From assembly GCA_903831745.1 (NCBI GenBank), contig CAIKYX010000260.1, positions 16,433 through 80,432 on the forward strand: 64,000 nt of DNA. The letters run 5' to 3'. Shown piece by piece: positions 1 to 9,269 of this stretch; position 1 is the stretch's first letter; each line of letters begins with the position of its first letter. Position numbers and translations under genes: made by a program. The notes under the pieces were generated by a model. The model was not told the DNA's origin and did no database searches. It saw only the letters and a program-made list of their open reading frames with translations. Origin of the DNA: Oligoflexia bacterium (GTDB lineage: Bacteria; Bdellovibrionota; UBA1018; CAIMNF01).

Positions 1-1503
1 GAGACTGGCATCTCGCGAAAACCACTTCAACCCTTTTACGATTTTGACAATTCGATCACTGGTCTCGCGAATCGAATTCAGATCCTTAAAGACAATTTCG
101 AGGTCGGGAGTCTGAGATCGAAGCATTCTCTCAATCCGCGCTTCTTTACCCATGATGATGGTTAACGGATTATTCACCTCATGGGCAATTCCGCCGGCCA
201 TTTCACCCAGTGAAGCCATTTTTGCCGATTGCACCAATTGGGACTGCACTACCTTTCTCGAAGTAATGTCATTTCGGATCGATAAATAGGCCTTCTGCCC
301 ATTCTCGAGAAGAATCGGGGTGATGGTACTGTCTACCCAATAAAGAGTTCCATCTTTTCTTCGATTGCAAATCTCGCCTCGCCATACTTGGCCGGACGAA
401 ATGGTTTTCCACATCTCGATGAAGAACTCCTTGGGATGAAACTTTGAATTCAACAAGCGGTGATTTTGTCCCACCAGCTCTTCACGCGTAAAGCCCGATA
501 TTTTGCAAAATGAATCATTCGCAGACAGGATATTGCCCTTCAGGTCGGTCCAAGCTACGATCGCAGACTGATCGAGCGCATTTACGAGCGATTGGTACCG
601 ACTTCTCTCGGCCAGCTGGTGATTGGCATGCTCGAGATGATCCATCATTTGATTAAAAGCCTTGGTAAAAACATTCACTTCATTACTAAAACTGGATTGT
701 AGCCGATAACCCGACTCGCCATTACTGATTCGAGTAACCCCCTCGAGAAGCAGACTCATATTTCTTCGGAATTTTGCAAATGCCCTCAGGACCAACCCTG
801 CTGTCCCCAGAAGAAGTAGAAATGTACCGGCAAAGGTTGCACAAAAAAATTGAAACATCAGCCAATGAATCGTACTGGTAATCGTATTCGAAAACTCGAT
901 CTCGATTTGAGATAACCTTTGATTGAGCCGCATCAGTTCAGTTAACGTTTGCTTCCGTTCCTGGATCGAAAAATTCGAACCGGAATGGATACGTTCTGCA
1001 ATCCTTTCGACTTCCGCAAAATTGCGATTACCTTCCGACCACAATTCGAGTGACCTTTTAATCCGCACATCATCTCGCCCCAGATAAAAAGCATAGCCGA
1101 TCGCACGCACGTCATCCGGGCTGTTACCGATTGCAATCAGATGTCGATCGAGAAGAGAAAAGTCAGGTTGCGCCTTCAGCACCTCAGTGAGTGCAAGACG
1201 TCCGCTTTCGATCGCTTTTGCATGGATGAGATAAACTTCATAAGACGAACGGTCCGAGGTATTGGCGAAATCACTCAACTTCTGAAGTGCATCTTTTTGA
1301 TGTTTCGACCAATACCCTTCTCCTGCCACTATCGCCCTGCCCACATCTACCAGTTTCGAAATGAGGAGATTGCAAAAAAGAAGAAATACTACCGTTGTAA
1401 AGAGAATGAGAATGGGTCGAAGAAAAAGACTTTGAATCGATATTGGTTTTTGATCCAACACTTTAGATTCTTTAGATTTTCTTGCTAGCAAAAAAGAGAG
1501 CAT
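1..1503 (-). CDS. Membrane sensor histidine kinase (TM-sensor-TM-HAMP-PAS-HisKA), 3' end beyond the window
   Basis: Not in the ORF track because it runs off the edge. Manual translation from ATG 1503 (AGGAG just upstream) is open to base 1: TM segment, AIVAGEGYWSKHQKDA, second TM, HAMP-like NEVNVFTKAFNQM, PAS (TDLKGNILSANDSFCKISGFTREELVGQNHRLL...YWVDSTITP), H-box KMASLGEMAGGIAHEVNNPL. Confidence 0.9.
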   Translation of the reverse strand, partial: MLSFLLARKSKESKVLDQKPISIQSLFLRPILILFTTVVFLLFCNLLISKLVDVGRAIVAGEGYWSKHQKDALQKLSDFANTSDRSSYEVYLIHAKAIESGRLALTEVLKAQPDFSLLDRHLIAIGNSPDDVRAIGYAFYLGRDDVRIKRSLELWSEGNRNFAEVERIAERIHSGSNFSIQERKQTLTELMRLNQRLSQIEIEFSNTITSTIHWLMFQFFCATFAGTFLLLLGTAGLVLRAFAKFRRNMSLLLEGVTRISNGESGYRLQSSFSNEVNVFTKAFNQMMDHLEHANHQLAERSRYQSLVNALDQSAIVAWTDLKGNILSANDSFCKISGFTREELVGQNHRLLNSKFHPKEFFIEMWKTISSGQVWRGEICNRRKDGTLYWVDSTITPILLENGQKAYLSIRNDITSRKVVQSQLVQSAKMASLGEMAGGIAHEVNNPLTIIMGKEARIERMLRSQTPDLEIVFKDLNSIRETSDRIVKIVKGLKWFSRDASL

Positions 1504-1594
1504 CACTCCTTTCATCGACATCGAAGAATTAAACTACACGCCATCAGATGACTAAAAACTTTTTGTCCCATATATGAATTCATGACAACAAGCA

Positions 1595-1638
1595 TACGCC
1601 AAATTTGGCGAATCTTTTTTACGACATTTAATGGCGTA
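1595..1638. promoter_or_regulatory. Palindromic operator-like sites between the divergent kinase and XRE-PAS genes
   Basis: Perfect palindrome CGCCAAATTTGGCG at 1597-1610 and related TACGAC-N7-GGCGTA at 1620-1638. Confidence 0.4.
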
Positions 1639-1683
1639 TTAATTTCGATATTATTTTTTTCACAATCCCACTAGAATTAAGAA

Positions 1684-2322
1684 ATGCCCCTTCCTGCGGA
1701 CAAGAAAAGAATCAATCAAACAGATCATCTGTACATCTTAAGCATCGCGCAGACGATAAAATCGCTGCGAATCAAGGGAAAAGTCAGGCAGATTGAACTT
1801 GCGCATCAACTGAATCGCTCACATCGGCACTGGCAAAAAATCGAAGCGGGCGAAGTGAACATCAGCGCAACCACCGCGCTTTCGATTGCCAAGGTAATCA
1901 AAATCGAACCTTGCATGCTTTTTAGAAGCCAAAAAATGAAAGCGGCAGAACCCTGCGATATTATTTGTCCTGCAGAAACCTTAGAAATTCTTCCTCTCGG
2001 CGTTCAGATCTGCGACTTGCACGGAGAAGTACTTTACATGAATAGAGCACATCGCGAATTTACCGGAAAAAAAGATTGGTGCAAAAGCGAAAGTCCTTTA
2101 TTCATCTGGGACTTTCTCGCCGACCCTTCTCAGGCGTCCGTACTTCAAACGTATTTAAAATTACTGGCGAACGAAAAACCCACTCCTACCCCTTACTATC
2201 AGTTTAACCGAGGAATAAACGGAGACCCTATTCCTATCCGGGTGGATTGGAATTACCTGCTTGATTCAAAACAAAACGTAACGGGATTTCTATCGATCAT
2301 CACTCCGAATGTACGTCCCTAA
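1684..2322 (+). CDS. XRE-family HTH transcriptional regulator with C-terminal PAS domain
   Basis: N-term IKSLRIKGKVRQIELAHQLNRSHRHWQKIEAGEVNIS (HTH_3-like); C-term LPLGVQICDLHGEVLYMNRA...IPIRVDWNYLLDSKQNVTGFLSII (PAS). Confidence 0.8.
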   Translation: MPLPADKKRINQTDHLYILSIAQTIKSLRIKGKVRQIELAHQLNRSHRHWQKIEAGEVNISATTALSIAKVIKIEPCMLFRSQKMKAAEPCDIICPAETLEILPLGVQICDLHGEVLYMNRAHREFTGKKDWCKSESPLFIWDFLADPSQASVLQTYLKLLANEKPTPTPYYQFNRGINGDPIPIRVDWNYLLDSKQNVTGFLSIITPNVRP

Positions 2323-2434
2323 GGCCCCCCACATCTTATAGAATCTTTAGAATTTCTTTATTTCTGAGAAAATCCTTAACGTCCTATGCCACTTGAATAC
2401 TCTGGACCGCGCCCCGAACCTTGGACAGCTTAAC

Positions 2435-3268
2435 CTAAGTTTTGTGTAGGGTGCCGGCCTCCGGTTTTTGTTTCGTGAACCTTAACTCAAATTCCTCCGG
2501 CGTCAAGTAGCCAATGGATGAGTGGATTCGTTTTCGGTTGTAAATCTCTTCAATGAAACGCGGCAACCGATTCACCACGTCTTCATAGGTTTCATACTCA
2601 GAGAGGTAAATCTCCTCGTACTTCAATATTTTCATAAAACTCTCGGCCCAGGCATTGTCATAAGGGTTTCCCTTCCGGGACATCGACACTTGGAATTTCC
2701 ATTCGTCTAAAATCTCAATGTACTCCTTCGAACAGTACTGCACCCCCTGATCAGAATGGTGAATGCAACCGGGCCCGGGTTTCCGATTCTGAATCGCCAT
2801 ATTAAGAGCGTTTACAGCAAGCTCGGCGTTGATTCGCTTGCTGATCGCCCAGCCGACTACTTTTCGAGAGAATAAATCCAAGATAATGGCAACGAAGATG
2901 AACCCCGTTAAAATTCGAACGTAAGTGATGTCAGCGACCCAGACCTCATTTACATTCGTGATCCGAAGTGCTGGCGTCACCAGTTTCGGGTACTTTTTTA
3001 ATTTATGGGTCGAGTCCGTCGTCTTAATCCACTTTCTAATGACGGTTGCAAATAATCCGAATTTACGCTGAATTCTACGTATTTTCTTCTCATTAATCAC
3101 AATCCCCCGGCGCCCAAGCTCCCGGTGAAGCTTGCGGTAACCATAAATCGGAAAGTCGATATGAACATTATCTATCAGATCCTTAACCAACGCATCTTGC
3201 TTTTCGCGCAACTTCGCCCTCGGCTCATTCTTGAGCCGGTAATAATAAGTGCTCTTTGGAAGACCCAT
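2435..3268 (-). CDS. IS3 transposase OrfB (DDE integrase core)
   Basis: YGYRK, WVADITY, LDLFSRKVVGW, HHSDQGVQY, SRKGNPYDNAWAESF, YNRKRIHSSIGY. Confidence 0.95.
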   Translation of the reverse strand: MGLPKSTYYYRLKNEPRAKLREKQDALVKDLIDNVHIDFPIYGYRKLHRELGRRGIVINEKKIRRIQRKFGLFATVIRKWIKTTDSTHKLKKYPKLVTPALRITNVNEVWVADITYVRILTGFIFVAIILDLFSRKVVGWAISKRINAELAVNALNMAIQNRKPGPGCIHHSDQGVQYCSKEYIEILDEWKFQVSMSRKGNPYDNAWAESFMKILKYEEIYLSEYETYEDVVNRLPRFIEEIYNRKRIHSSIGYLTPEEFELRFTKQKPEAGTLHKT

Positions 3269-3627
3269 TATTTTACATTGGTCCGATATTGATCGATGTT
3301 GAGGCCTGTGATCACGGCAGTATCTTGTTTTTTCAAGCGTCGTGAGTGCTCGTCCAGCTTTTTTAAAAACTCGCGGTCAGCATGAGCCTCGGCAAGTAGT
3401 ACTTTATAACGTTCGAGCTCTTTCTCAAGTTCTCGCTCCCGTTTAGACGGCTTATCTGTCAACGTCCCCGTACGGAACTTATCCCGCCACTGGTTGATGA
3501 GGTTCGGGGATAGTTCGTGTTTTCTAGCGCATGCGGAGAGGCTCATGCTGCCGGATTCCACTTCCTGGACCACTTGCTTCTTAAAGCTTAGCTCAAATTT
3601 ACGTTTTCTTTTCCTGACTTCACTCAT
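3268..3627 (-). CDS. IS3 transposase OrfA (HTH + coiled coil)
   Basis: RKRKFELSFKKQVV...ARKHELSPNLINQWR; likely start ATG 3627 (track extends to 3675); A-AAA-AAG slippery site at 3364-3358. Confidence 0.9.
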   Translation of the reverse strand: MSEVRKRKRKFELSFKKQVVQEVESGSMSLSACARKHELSPNLINQWRDKFRTGTLTDKPSKRERELEKELERYKVLLAEAHADREFLKKLDEHSRRLKKQDTAVITGLNIDQYRTNVK

Positions 3628-3772
3628 AGGACCATAGCTCCTAAACACCTTTGATTGTACTATAAACCAAGGCATTTTGTTAGGGGCCAGCTAAGTACTA
3701 CACATTGTTAGTGTAAACTTGTCCAAGTTGAGGGGCGCGCTCCACTCATCATTTGTCTCTTAACATTTTTAA

Positions 3773-4261
3773 ATGGAGTCAGAGAATCTACCTATCGCCG
3801 TTTGGTTCACCTATGCGGTGATCGCGTCGGCCATCATTTACTTCGTCTGGCGACAACTTCGAAACAAAAGCGGCTCAAGCCCAAGGTCAAAAAGTAGCAA
3901 TGCCCCAGTATTGCGCACCGAACGTGCGGCCTCCGGTCTTCAGTCGGATATTTTAAAGGAAGGCACCGGAGAAGGCGCCAAGGCCGGCGATCGCCTGACT
4001 GTTGAGTATGTGGTCTCGCTCGCAGATGGCAAGAAAGTCGATTCCTCTTATAACCGTGGCCGCCCCATGATTTTTCGCCTGGGGTTCCGCGAAGTGATCG
4101 AAGGCTGGGACAAAGCACTCAAAGGTGCCAAAGTAGGCGAAAAAAGAATTATTACCGTTCCCCCTGCACTGGCCTATGGCAACGGCGGCGGCAGTAAAAT
4201 CCCACCCGGCGCGACCTTGATTTTCGAAGTTGAAGTGACTGACATCGCCGCTAAAAAATAG
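3773..4261 (+). CDS. FKBP-type peptidyl-prolyl isomerase with N-terminal membrane anchor
   Basis: DSSYNRGRP, VIEGWDKAL, GEKRIITVPPALAYG, IPPGATLIFEVEV; hydrophobic N-terminus. Confidence 0.92.
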   Translation: MESENLPIAVWFTYAVIASAIIYFVWRQLRNKSGSSPRSKSSNAPVLRTERAASGLQSDILKEGTGEGAKAGDRLTVEYVVSLADGKKVDSSYNRGRPMIFRLGFREVIEGWDKALKGAKVGEKRIITVPPALAYGNGGGSKIPPGATLIFEVEVTDIAAKK

Positions 4262-4269
4262 CTCGCACG

Positions 4270-4965
4270 TCAGCGACCGATCAAAGCCTGAGCGCGAATA
4301 AAAATAGAATCAAACATGGGTTCAGTGAGTTTGCGGGTAAACGTATTTTGCTGGCTCGGATGATAAGAGGCAAGAATGGCCCGCCCATTCTTCAGTGTTA
4401 CCTCTAATCCGTGCGCAAATTTAGGCAGTGCCCGATGAGGCTTCATCCCGTCCTCGAGTTGCGCCCAAAGTGTTTTTAACCCAATCAATCCGAGAACGAG
4501 ATAGACCCGAGCGTCTGATAGTTTTGCGAGCTCCTCATCGAGATATCCAGAACAATTCGCAAGTTCCGAAGGCAGCGGCTTGTTCGCCGGAGGCGCACAA
4601 TGAATACTCGCTGTGATATAGGCATTCTTTAACACCAGGCCATCCGATCGAGATACGCTTTCGGCTTGATTCGCGAAGCCTGCTTTGAATAATGCGCGGT
4701 AGAGCCAGAGTCCAGAATTATCTCCGGTAAACATTCGTCCCGTGCGGTTTCCCCCATGAGCAGCCGGAGCAAGCCCCAGAATGACGAGCTTTGCACGAGG
4801 ATCTCCAAAACTGGGTACGGGTTTTCCCCAATATTTTTCGTCTTTAAATTGCCTGCGTTTTTCTTGCGCCACTTGATGGCAATACTCAACGAGTCTCGGG
4901 CATTTTTTGCAGTGAATGATCTTGGATTGCAGGGTTTCGAATTCAGCGGACTTCAATTCTATCAC
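4270..4965 (-). CDS. Uracil-DNA glycosylase, family 5 (UdgB-like, Fe-S)
   Basis: CKKCPRL, GLAPAAHGGNRTGRMFTGD, HCAPPANKP, YHPSQQNTFT. Confidence 0.9.
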   Translation of the reverse strand: MIELKSAEFETLQSKIIHCKKCPRLVEYCHQVAQEKRRQFKDEKYWGKPVPSFGDPRAKLVILGLAPAAHGGNRTGRMFTGDNSGLWLYRALFKAGFANQAESVSRSDGLVLKNAYITASIHCAPPANKPLPSELANCSGYLDEELAKLSDARVYLVLGLIGLKTLWAQLEDGMKPHRALPKFAHGLEVTLKNGRAILASYHPSQQNTFTRKLTEPMFDSIFIRAQALIGR

Positions 4966-5611
4966 CGGGCTGCATGTCGCCGATCGAGTATTCGCCCATC
5001 TGCGTGCGTTTTAACCGAGTGACTTCACACCGAAATGCAGAGAACATGCGACGAACAAAACGGTTACGTCCTTCGCTGACGGTCACGCGCCAATTATTTT
5101 CGCCATCCATTCGGGTAATTTCATCAAATCGTCCGCTTCCGTCTTCGAGGTCTACTCCCCGCACCAAAGCTTTAAGCGCCTCGGAATTCAGAGAACCATG
5201 AATAGTCACCTCATAGACCTTCTTTACGCCATACCGTGGATGAGTGAGATGAAGGAGTAATTCTCCATCATGAGTCATCAGCAAAAGCCCTTCAGATTCG
5301 TAATCCAAACGCCCCACCGGATTCAGCGACGGCTCGTCCTTGAAAAAATCCATGACTGTTGGCCGGCCTTTTTCGTCACTTTTAGTCGTGACAATTCCTC
5401 GAGGCTTATAAAACAGATAAGTTTTCTTTTCGGTGGGAACAAGCAAGGGCACACCATCTACGGTAAGCGCATCCTTTTCTGGATCGAGCGTCTGCCCCAT
5501 ATTGGTAAAAATCTGTCCATTGAGCGTAACACGGCCTTCTGCAATGGCTTCTTCAGCCTTGCGTCGACTCATGAGTCCGCACTGTGCGATGAACTTATGT
5601 GCGCGAATTAT
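4943..5611 (-). CDS. RsuA/RluB-family rRNA pseudouridine synthase (S4 domain + catalytic domain)
   Basis: SRRKAEEAIAEGRVTLNG, YKPRG, GRLDYESEGLLL, EGRNRFVRRM. The S4 N-terminus (IRAHKFIAQCGL) lies upstream of ATG 5572, so the start is uncertain (ATA 5611 or ATT 5608). Confidence 0.88.
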   Translation of the reverse strand: MIRAHKFIAQCGLMSRRKAEEAIAEGRVTLNGQIFTNMGQTLDPEKDALTVDGVPLLVPTEKKTYLFYKPRGIVTTKSDEKGRPTVMDFFKDEPSLNPVGRLDYESEGLLLMTHDGELLLHLTHPRYGVKKVYEVTIHGSLNSEALKALVRGVDLEDGSGRFDEITRMDGENNWRVTVSEGRNRFVRRMFSAFRCEVTRLKRTQMGEYSIGDMQPGDRIEVR

Positions 5612-5814
5612 TTCTTATTCTTCTTTTTACGGAATGCGGTTTTTTTGTCCGCAGCACGCTTAGATTTTGCAGCGAAAAATTTTCCTGCAAATTCTTTGTC
5701 CGCCTGAAGCTTGGCTTTACGCTTGTCGCGGCCGAGTTTTTTCAGGGTCTTGCGTCCCAATACTCCTGGAGTAGTGGTCGTTGCTTTTTTAGTAGTGGTA
5801 GTGGTAGTTGCCAT
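5608..5814 (-). CDS. Small, very basic (Lys/Arg-rich) protein of unknown function
   Basis: 68 aa, AAGGAA RBS, packed between ahpC and the pseudouridine synthase on the same strand. Confidence 0.7.
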   Translation of the reverse strand: MATTTTTTKKATTTTPGVLGRKTLKKLGRDKRKAKLQADKEFAGKFFAAKSKRAADKKTAFRKKKNKK

Positions 5815-5828
5815 AAATATTCCTTAAA

Positions 5829-6356
5829 TTATTTTTTGGTAAGAGTTGCTTGGCCTGGTTTCCAGCCGACTGGACAAAGTTCGCCAGTTTCGAGCGCTTG
5901 AAGCGTTCTGAATGTTTCTTCTACTGAACGTCCAACGCCCAGGGCATTGACACTCATGTGTTGAAGAACACCTTTTGGATCAATCAAGAAAGTTCCGCGA
6001 AGCGCAATCCCTGCATCTTCAATCAATACGCCGTAGTTGCGTGACACTGAGTGATTGGTGTCTGCAAGTACCGGAAATTTAACTTCTGGAAGATCTTTTT
6101 CGAACCAAGCTTTGTGTGAGTGCTGACTATCGGTAGAACAAGCAATGATTTGGCAATTGGCTTCGAGGAATTGGCGCTCGGCTTGGCCGAATGAACGAAT
6201 TTCTGTCGGACAAACAAAGGTAAAGTCGAGAGGATAGAAAAACAAGCAAACCCATTTTCCTTTGTAATCACTCAGAGAAACATCTTTGAACTGACCAGAA
6301 ACAAATGCCGGGGCTTTGAAATCTGGTGCTGGTTGTCCTACTTTTAAATTCCACAT
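5829..6356 (-). CDS. ahpC: 2-Cys peroxiredoxin (AhpC/Tsa)
   Basis: FYPLDFTFVCPTE, ALRGTFLIDP, GRSVEE, GELCPVGWKPG; start moved to ATG 6356 after AAGGA. Confidence 0.93.
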   Translation of the reverse strand: MWNLKVGQPAPDFKAPAFVSGQFKDVSLSDYKGKWVCLFFYPLDFTFVCPTEIRSFGQAERQFLEANCQIIACSTDSQHSHKAWFEKDLPEVKFPVLADTNHSVSRNYGVLIEDAGIALRGTFLIDPKGVLQHMSVNALGVGRSVEETFRTLQALETGELCPVGWKPGQATLTKK

Positions 6357-6473
6357 AATACGGGTCCTTTCAAATCGATCACCCGCCAATGGCGGATTCG
6401 TTAGCTTTAAAATTTTTATCGTTCAAATAACATAATCGTCGAGGTAAACTATGACAAGAGAAATGCTCAAGCA

Positions 6474-7202
6474 ATGCCAATAGATCAACCAAAATCATTT
6501 GATTTCCGCGCCAGGGTGCAAAAATTACTGCCCCTACTCGAGCCCACAGCTGCTTGGACCTTCATGTTTTTAACGCGCCCGCTTTGGTATCACTCCTGGT
6601 GCGCAGTCACTCCGACCCCTTGCCTTACGACCAGCGTAAACAAGCTCGATCAACTGGGTTTTATGTACGGAAGCATTCAGGCCGACGCCCTAAGCAGCGT
6701 CGTACAAAACACGGCAGGAGCCGTGGCCTTTATCTTGCCCTTTATTTTGTATTGGAAAAGAGACCTCAGGCGCGCGGTTTCGGAAGCAATACTCCTTTTG
6801 TACTTTACCCTTTGGAACGGCGTGCTTCTAGAACTTTGCCGGGCGCTCTCACAACGTCCTCGGCCACTCGTTTTTCATGACCCGTTGGGCGAAGGCGCAA
6901 ACATCAATCAGTACACTTCTTTCTACTCGGGACACACGAGTTTTGTCGCACTCGCAGGGCTTGCGATGGTGTGCATGGTGATCAGACGCTTTCCTGGAAA
7001 CCGCGCCTACACCCTGAGCTTTGGAATGCTTTATGTTTGCATGAGCGCACTGACGGGCTCACTTCGCATTCTCGGTGGACGTCACTATCCTACAGATGTG
7101 GTGGCGGGATTTCTCTTTGGAAGCTTGATTGCACTTGCGGGCAATCGCCTTTATTCACGCATGGTCAGCCAATCCGGCCGGCATGATATTTTGTGGAACT
7201 AG
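6474..7202 (+). CDS. PAP2-family membrane phosphatase
   Basis: RPRP, SFYSGH and RILGGRHYPTDVVAG motifs; several TM helices. Confidence 0.85.
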   Translation: MPIDQPKSFDFRARVQKLLPLLEPTAAWTFMFLTRPLWYHSWCAVTPTPCLTTSVNKLDQLGFMYGSIQADALSSVVQNTAGAVAFILPFILYWKRDLRRAVSEAILLLYFTLWNGVLLELCRALSQRPRPLVFHDPLGEGANINQYTSFYSGHTSFVALAGLAMVCMVIRRFPGNRAYTLSFGMLYVCMSALTGSLRILGGRHYPTDVVAGFLFGSLIALAGNRLYSRMVSQSGRHDILWN

Positions 7203-7227
7203 GTTTTTCTATTCGGCTTTAAAAATA

Positions 7228-7821
7228 TTAAGTCACTTTCGTGAGCGAGCCGATCCATTTTGCATGATCAAAATCGATAGGCTTAAAATCCTGAATGAGC
7301 TGAATGAGTGCTTTTGGATCAGCCGATTCTAGCACTAATTTACGATGATCAGACTTAATAAACCCTTCATTCACCCCGTGATCCATGGCTGCAAGGAGTG
7401 GCGAATAAAAATTCTGCACATTCAGAATGCCGACTGGTTTTTGATGAAAACCGAGTTGTGCCCAAGTCAGTACTTCAAAAAATTCTTCGAGTGTTCCAAA
7501 ACCACCGGGCATGGCGATGAATCCATCCGAAAGCTCTGCCATCAGGGCTTTGCGCTCGTGCATTGAGTTTACAATTCGAAGATCTTTCAGCGCTTCGTAT
7601 CCCGCTTCGCGATCAAATAAGGCTTTAGGAATCACACCGATGACTTCGCCTCCCAGGTCGTGCACTGTTTTGGCCACGACACCCATGAGCCCAAGCCCAC
7701 CGCCGCCATAAACCAGGCCGATTCCGCTTTCAAAGAGAGACTCACCCAGTTTTTTGGCCTGTGCGCGATATTCGTCTTTTACCCCGATTCCGGCACCGCA
7801 AAATACGCAAAGTCTTTTCAT
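7228..7821 (-). CDS. LOG-family nucleotide phosphoribohydrolase
   Basis: LVYGGG.GLMG, MHERKALM, PGGFGTLEE. Confidence 0.92.
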   Translation of the reverse strand: MKRLCVFCGAGIGVKDEYRAQAKKLGESLFESGIGLVYGGGGLGLMGVVAKTVHDLGGEVIGVIPKALFDREAGYEALKDLRIVNSMHERKALMAELSDGFIAMPGGFGTLEEFFEVLTWAQLGFHQKPVGILNVQNFYSPLLAAMDHGVNEGFIKSDHRKLVLESADPKALIQLIQDFKPIDFDHAKWIGSLTKVT

Positions 7822-7826
7822 GATCT

Positions 7827-8375
7827 TTATTTTTCTTCGATCTTATCGTGTTTGAGTTCTTCGCCCGGAAGCACACCACCCTGGGCGACTACTTTTGCAG
7901 GAATTCCTGCAACCGTGGTGTGATCCGGCACTGCCTTAATGACGACCGAATTTGCCCCGACTCGCGCGCAATCTCCGATTCGAATGTTACCTAGAATTTT
8001 AGAACCGGCGCCAATGACCACTCCGTTACCGAGAGTCGGATGCCGCTTGACGGGTTTTAGATCGACTCCACCCAAGGTGACTCCGTGATAGATCAGGCAA
8101 TCGTCTCCGATTTCGGCCGTCTCGCCGATGACCACACCCATGCCATGATCAATAACCAGGCGTTTTCCGATTTTGGCACCCGGATGAATTTCAATACCAG
8201 TCAGAAAACGCGAAAACTCACTGAGGGCTCGAGGAAAAAAAGGAATGCCCATTCGGTACATCGAGTGGCTGATACGATGAAACAGAACGGCTTTGAAACC
8301 CGGGTAGAGAAAAATCACTTCGAGAGCATTTTTATAGGCAGGATCGTTACGCTTGTAGGTTTCAAATAGTTTCAC
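7827..8375 (-). CDS. cysE: Serine O-acetyltransferase
   Basis: [32 protein letters not shown], hexapeptide repeats. Confidence 0.92.
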   Translation of the reverse strand: MKLFETYKRNDPAYKNALEVIFLYPGFKAVLFHRISHSMYRMGIPFFPRALSEFSRFLTGIEIHPGAKIGKRLVIDHGMGVVIGETAEIGDDCLIYHGVTLGGVDLKPVKRHPTLGNGVVIGAGSKILGNIRIGDCARVGANSVVIKAVPDHTTVAGIPAKVVAQGGVLPGEELKHDKIEEK

Positions 8376-8403
8376 GACTATGGTCTTACTCTATTCTGGG
8401 CGT

Positions 8404-9189
8404 TTATGCACCCATGATGTTCAGGCCGGAATCGACGTAGAGAATATTTCCGGTCATGTGCTTGGCACCGTCCTGACACATGAATGCAGCCAAGGCGCCG
8501 ACATCTTCAGGCGACACGTTTTCGCGCATCGGAGCTTTTTGCTCGCTTGAACTTAAGTAATCGCGAAAATTTGCAACCCCACCGGCAGCAGCCAGGGTTT
8601 TGATCGGACCCGCAGAAATTCCGTGAACCCGAATCTTTTTAGGGCCCAGATCATTCGCAAGATATCGAACCGACGCTTCGAGCGCGGCTTTTGCAACACC
8701 CATGATGTTATAACCGGGCATTACTTTTTCGCTTCCGTAATAAGTCAGGGTCAGAACTGTTCCGCCATTGGTCATCAGTTTTTCTGCTTCGCGAGCAGTT
8801 GCCACGAGAGAATACGCACTGATGTCGAGCGCAAGTCTAAAGCCTTCGCGAGAAGTATCAACGAAACGACCATGAAGGTCGTCTTTATTGGCGAAAGCAA
8901 CTGAGTGAATGAGGATGTCGAGGCCACCCCATTTTTGATTCACTTCATTAAAGATAGAAGTGATTTGTTCGTCCTTGGCCACATCGCAAGGAGCGATGAT
9001 TTCTGCATTTAGACTTTCTGCAAGTGGACGAACCCGTTTTTCGAGAGCATCACCGAGAAAATTAAAAGCAAGTCGGGCACCTTGAGCATGAAGTGCTTGG
9101 GCAATTCCCCAGGCAATCGAGCGATCATTTGCGAGTCCGAGAATCAGGGCACGTTTGCCCGCTAAAGGTTTATCTGAAAGTGCTGCCAT
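8404..9189 (-). CDS. fabI: Enoyl-ACP reductase
   Basis: [52 protein letters not shown] 9189 after AAGGTGG. Confidence 0.95.
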   Translation of the reverse strand: MAALSDKPLAGKRALILGLANDRSIAWGIAQALHAQGARLAFNFLGDALEKRVRPLAESLNAEIIAPCDVAKDEQITSIFNEVNQKWGGLDILIHSVAFANKDDLHGRFVDTSREGFRLALDISAYSLVATAREAEKLMTNGGTVLTLTYYGSEKVMPGYNIMGVAKAALEASVRYLANDLGPKKIRVHGISAGPIKTLAAAGGVANFRDYLSSSEQKAPMRENVSPEDVGALAAFMCQDGAKHMTGNILYVDSGLNIMGA

Positions 9190-9269
9190 AAAAACCACCT
9201 TATTCTAATAATTTTTTAAGTATTACAAATAGGTAGCACAAATTGACGATTTAGACAAACTCAACGCGA

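Larger units (their letters stand above)
2403..3744 (-). mobile_element. Complete IS3-family insertion sequence (1,342 bp)
   Basis: Terminal IRs TGGACCGCGCCCCGAACCTTGGACA (2403-2427) and TGTCCAAGTTGAGGGGCGCGCTCCA (3720-3744) match 21/25 with TG...CA ends; 3-bp target duplication CTC (2400-2402, 3745-3747); orfA plus DDE orfB. Confidence 0.95.

Noticed and set aside
942..1488. Track ORFs 942-1136 (-) and 1141-1488 (+), and a possible frameshift in the kinase
   Set aside because: A single uninterrupted minus-strand frame from 1503 to 1 explains the region
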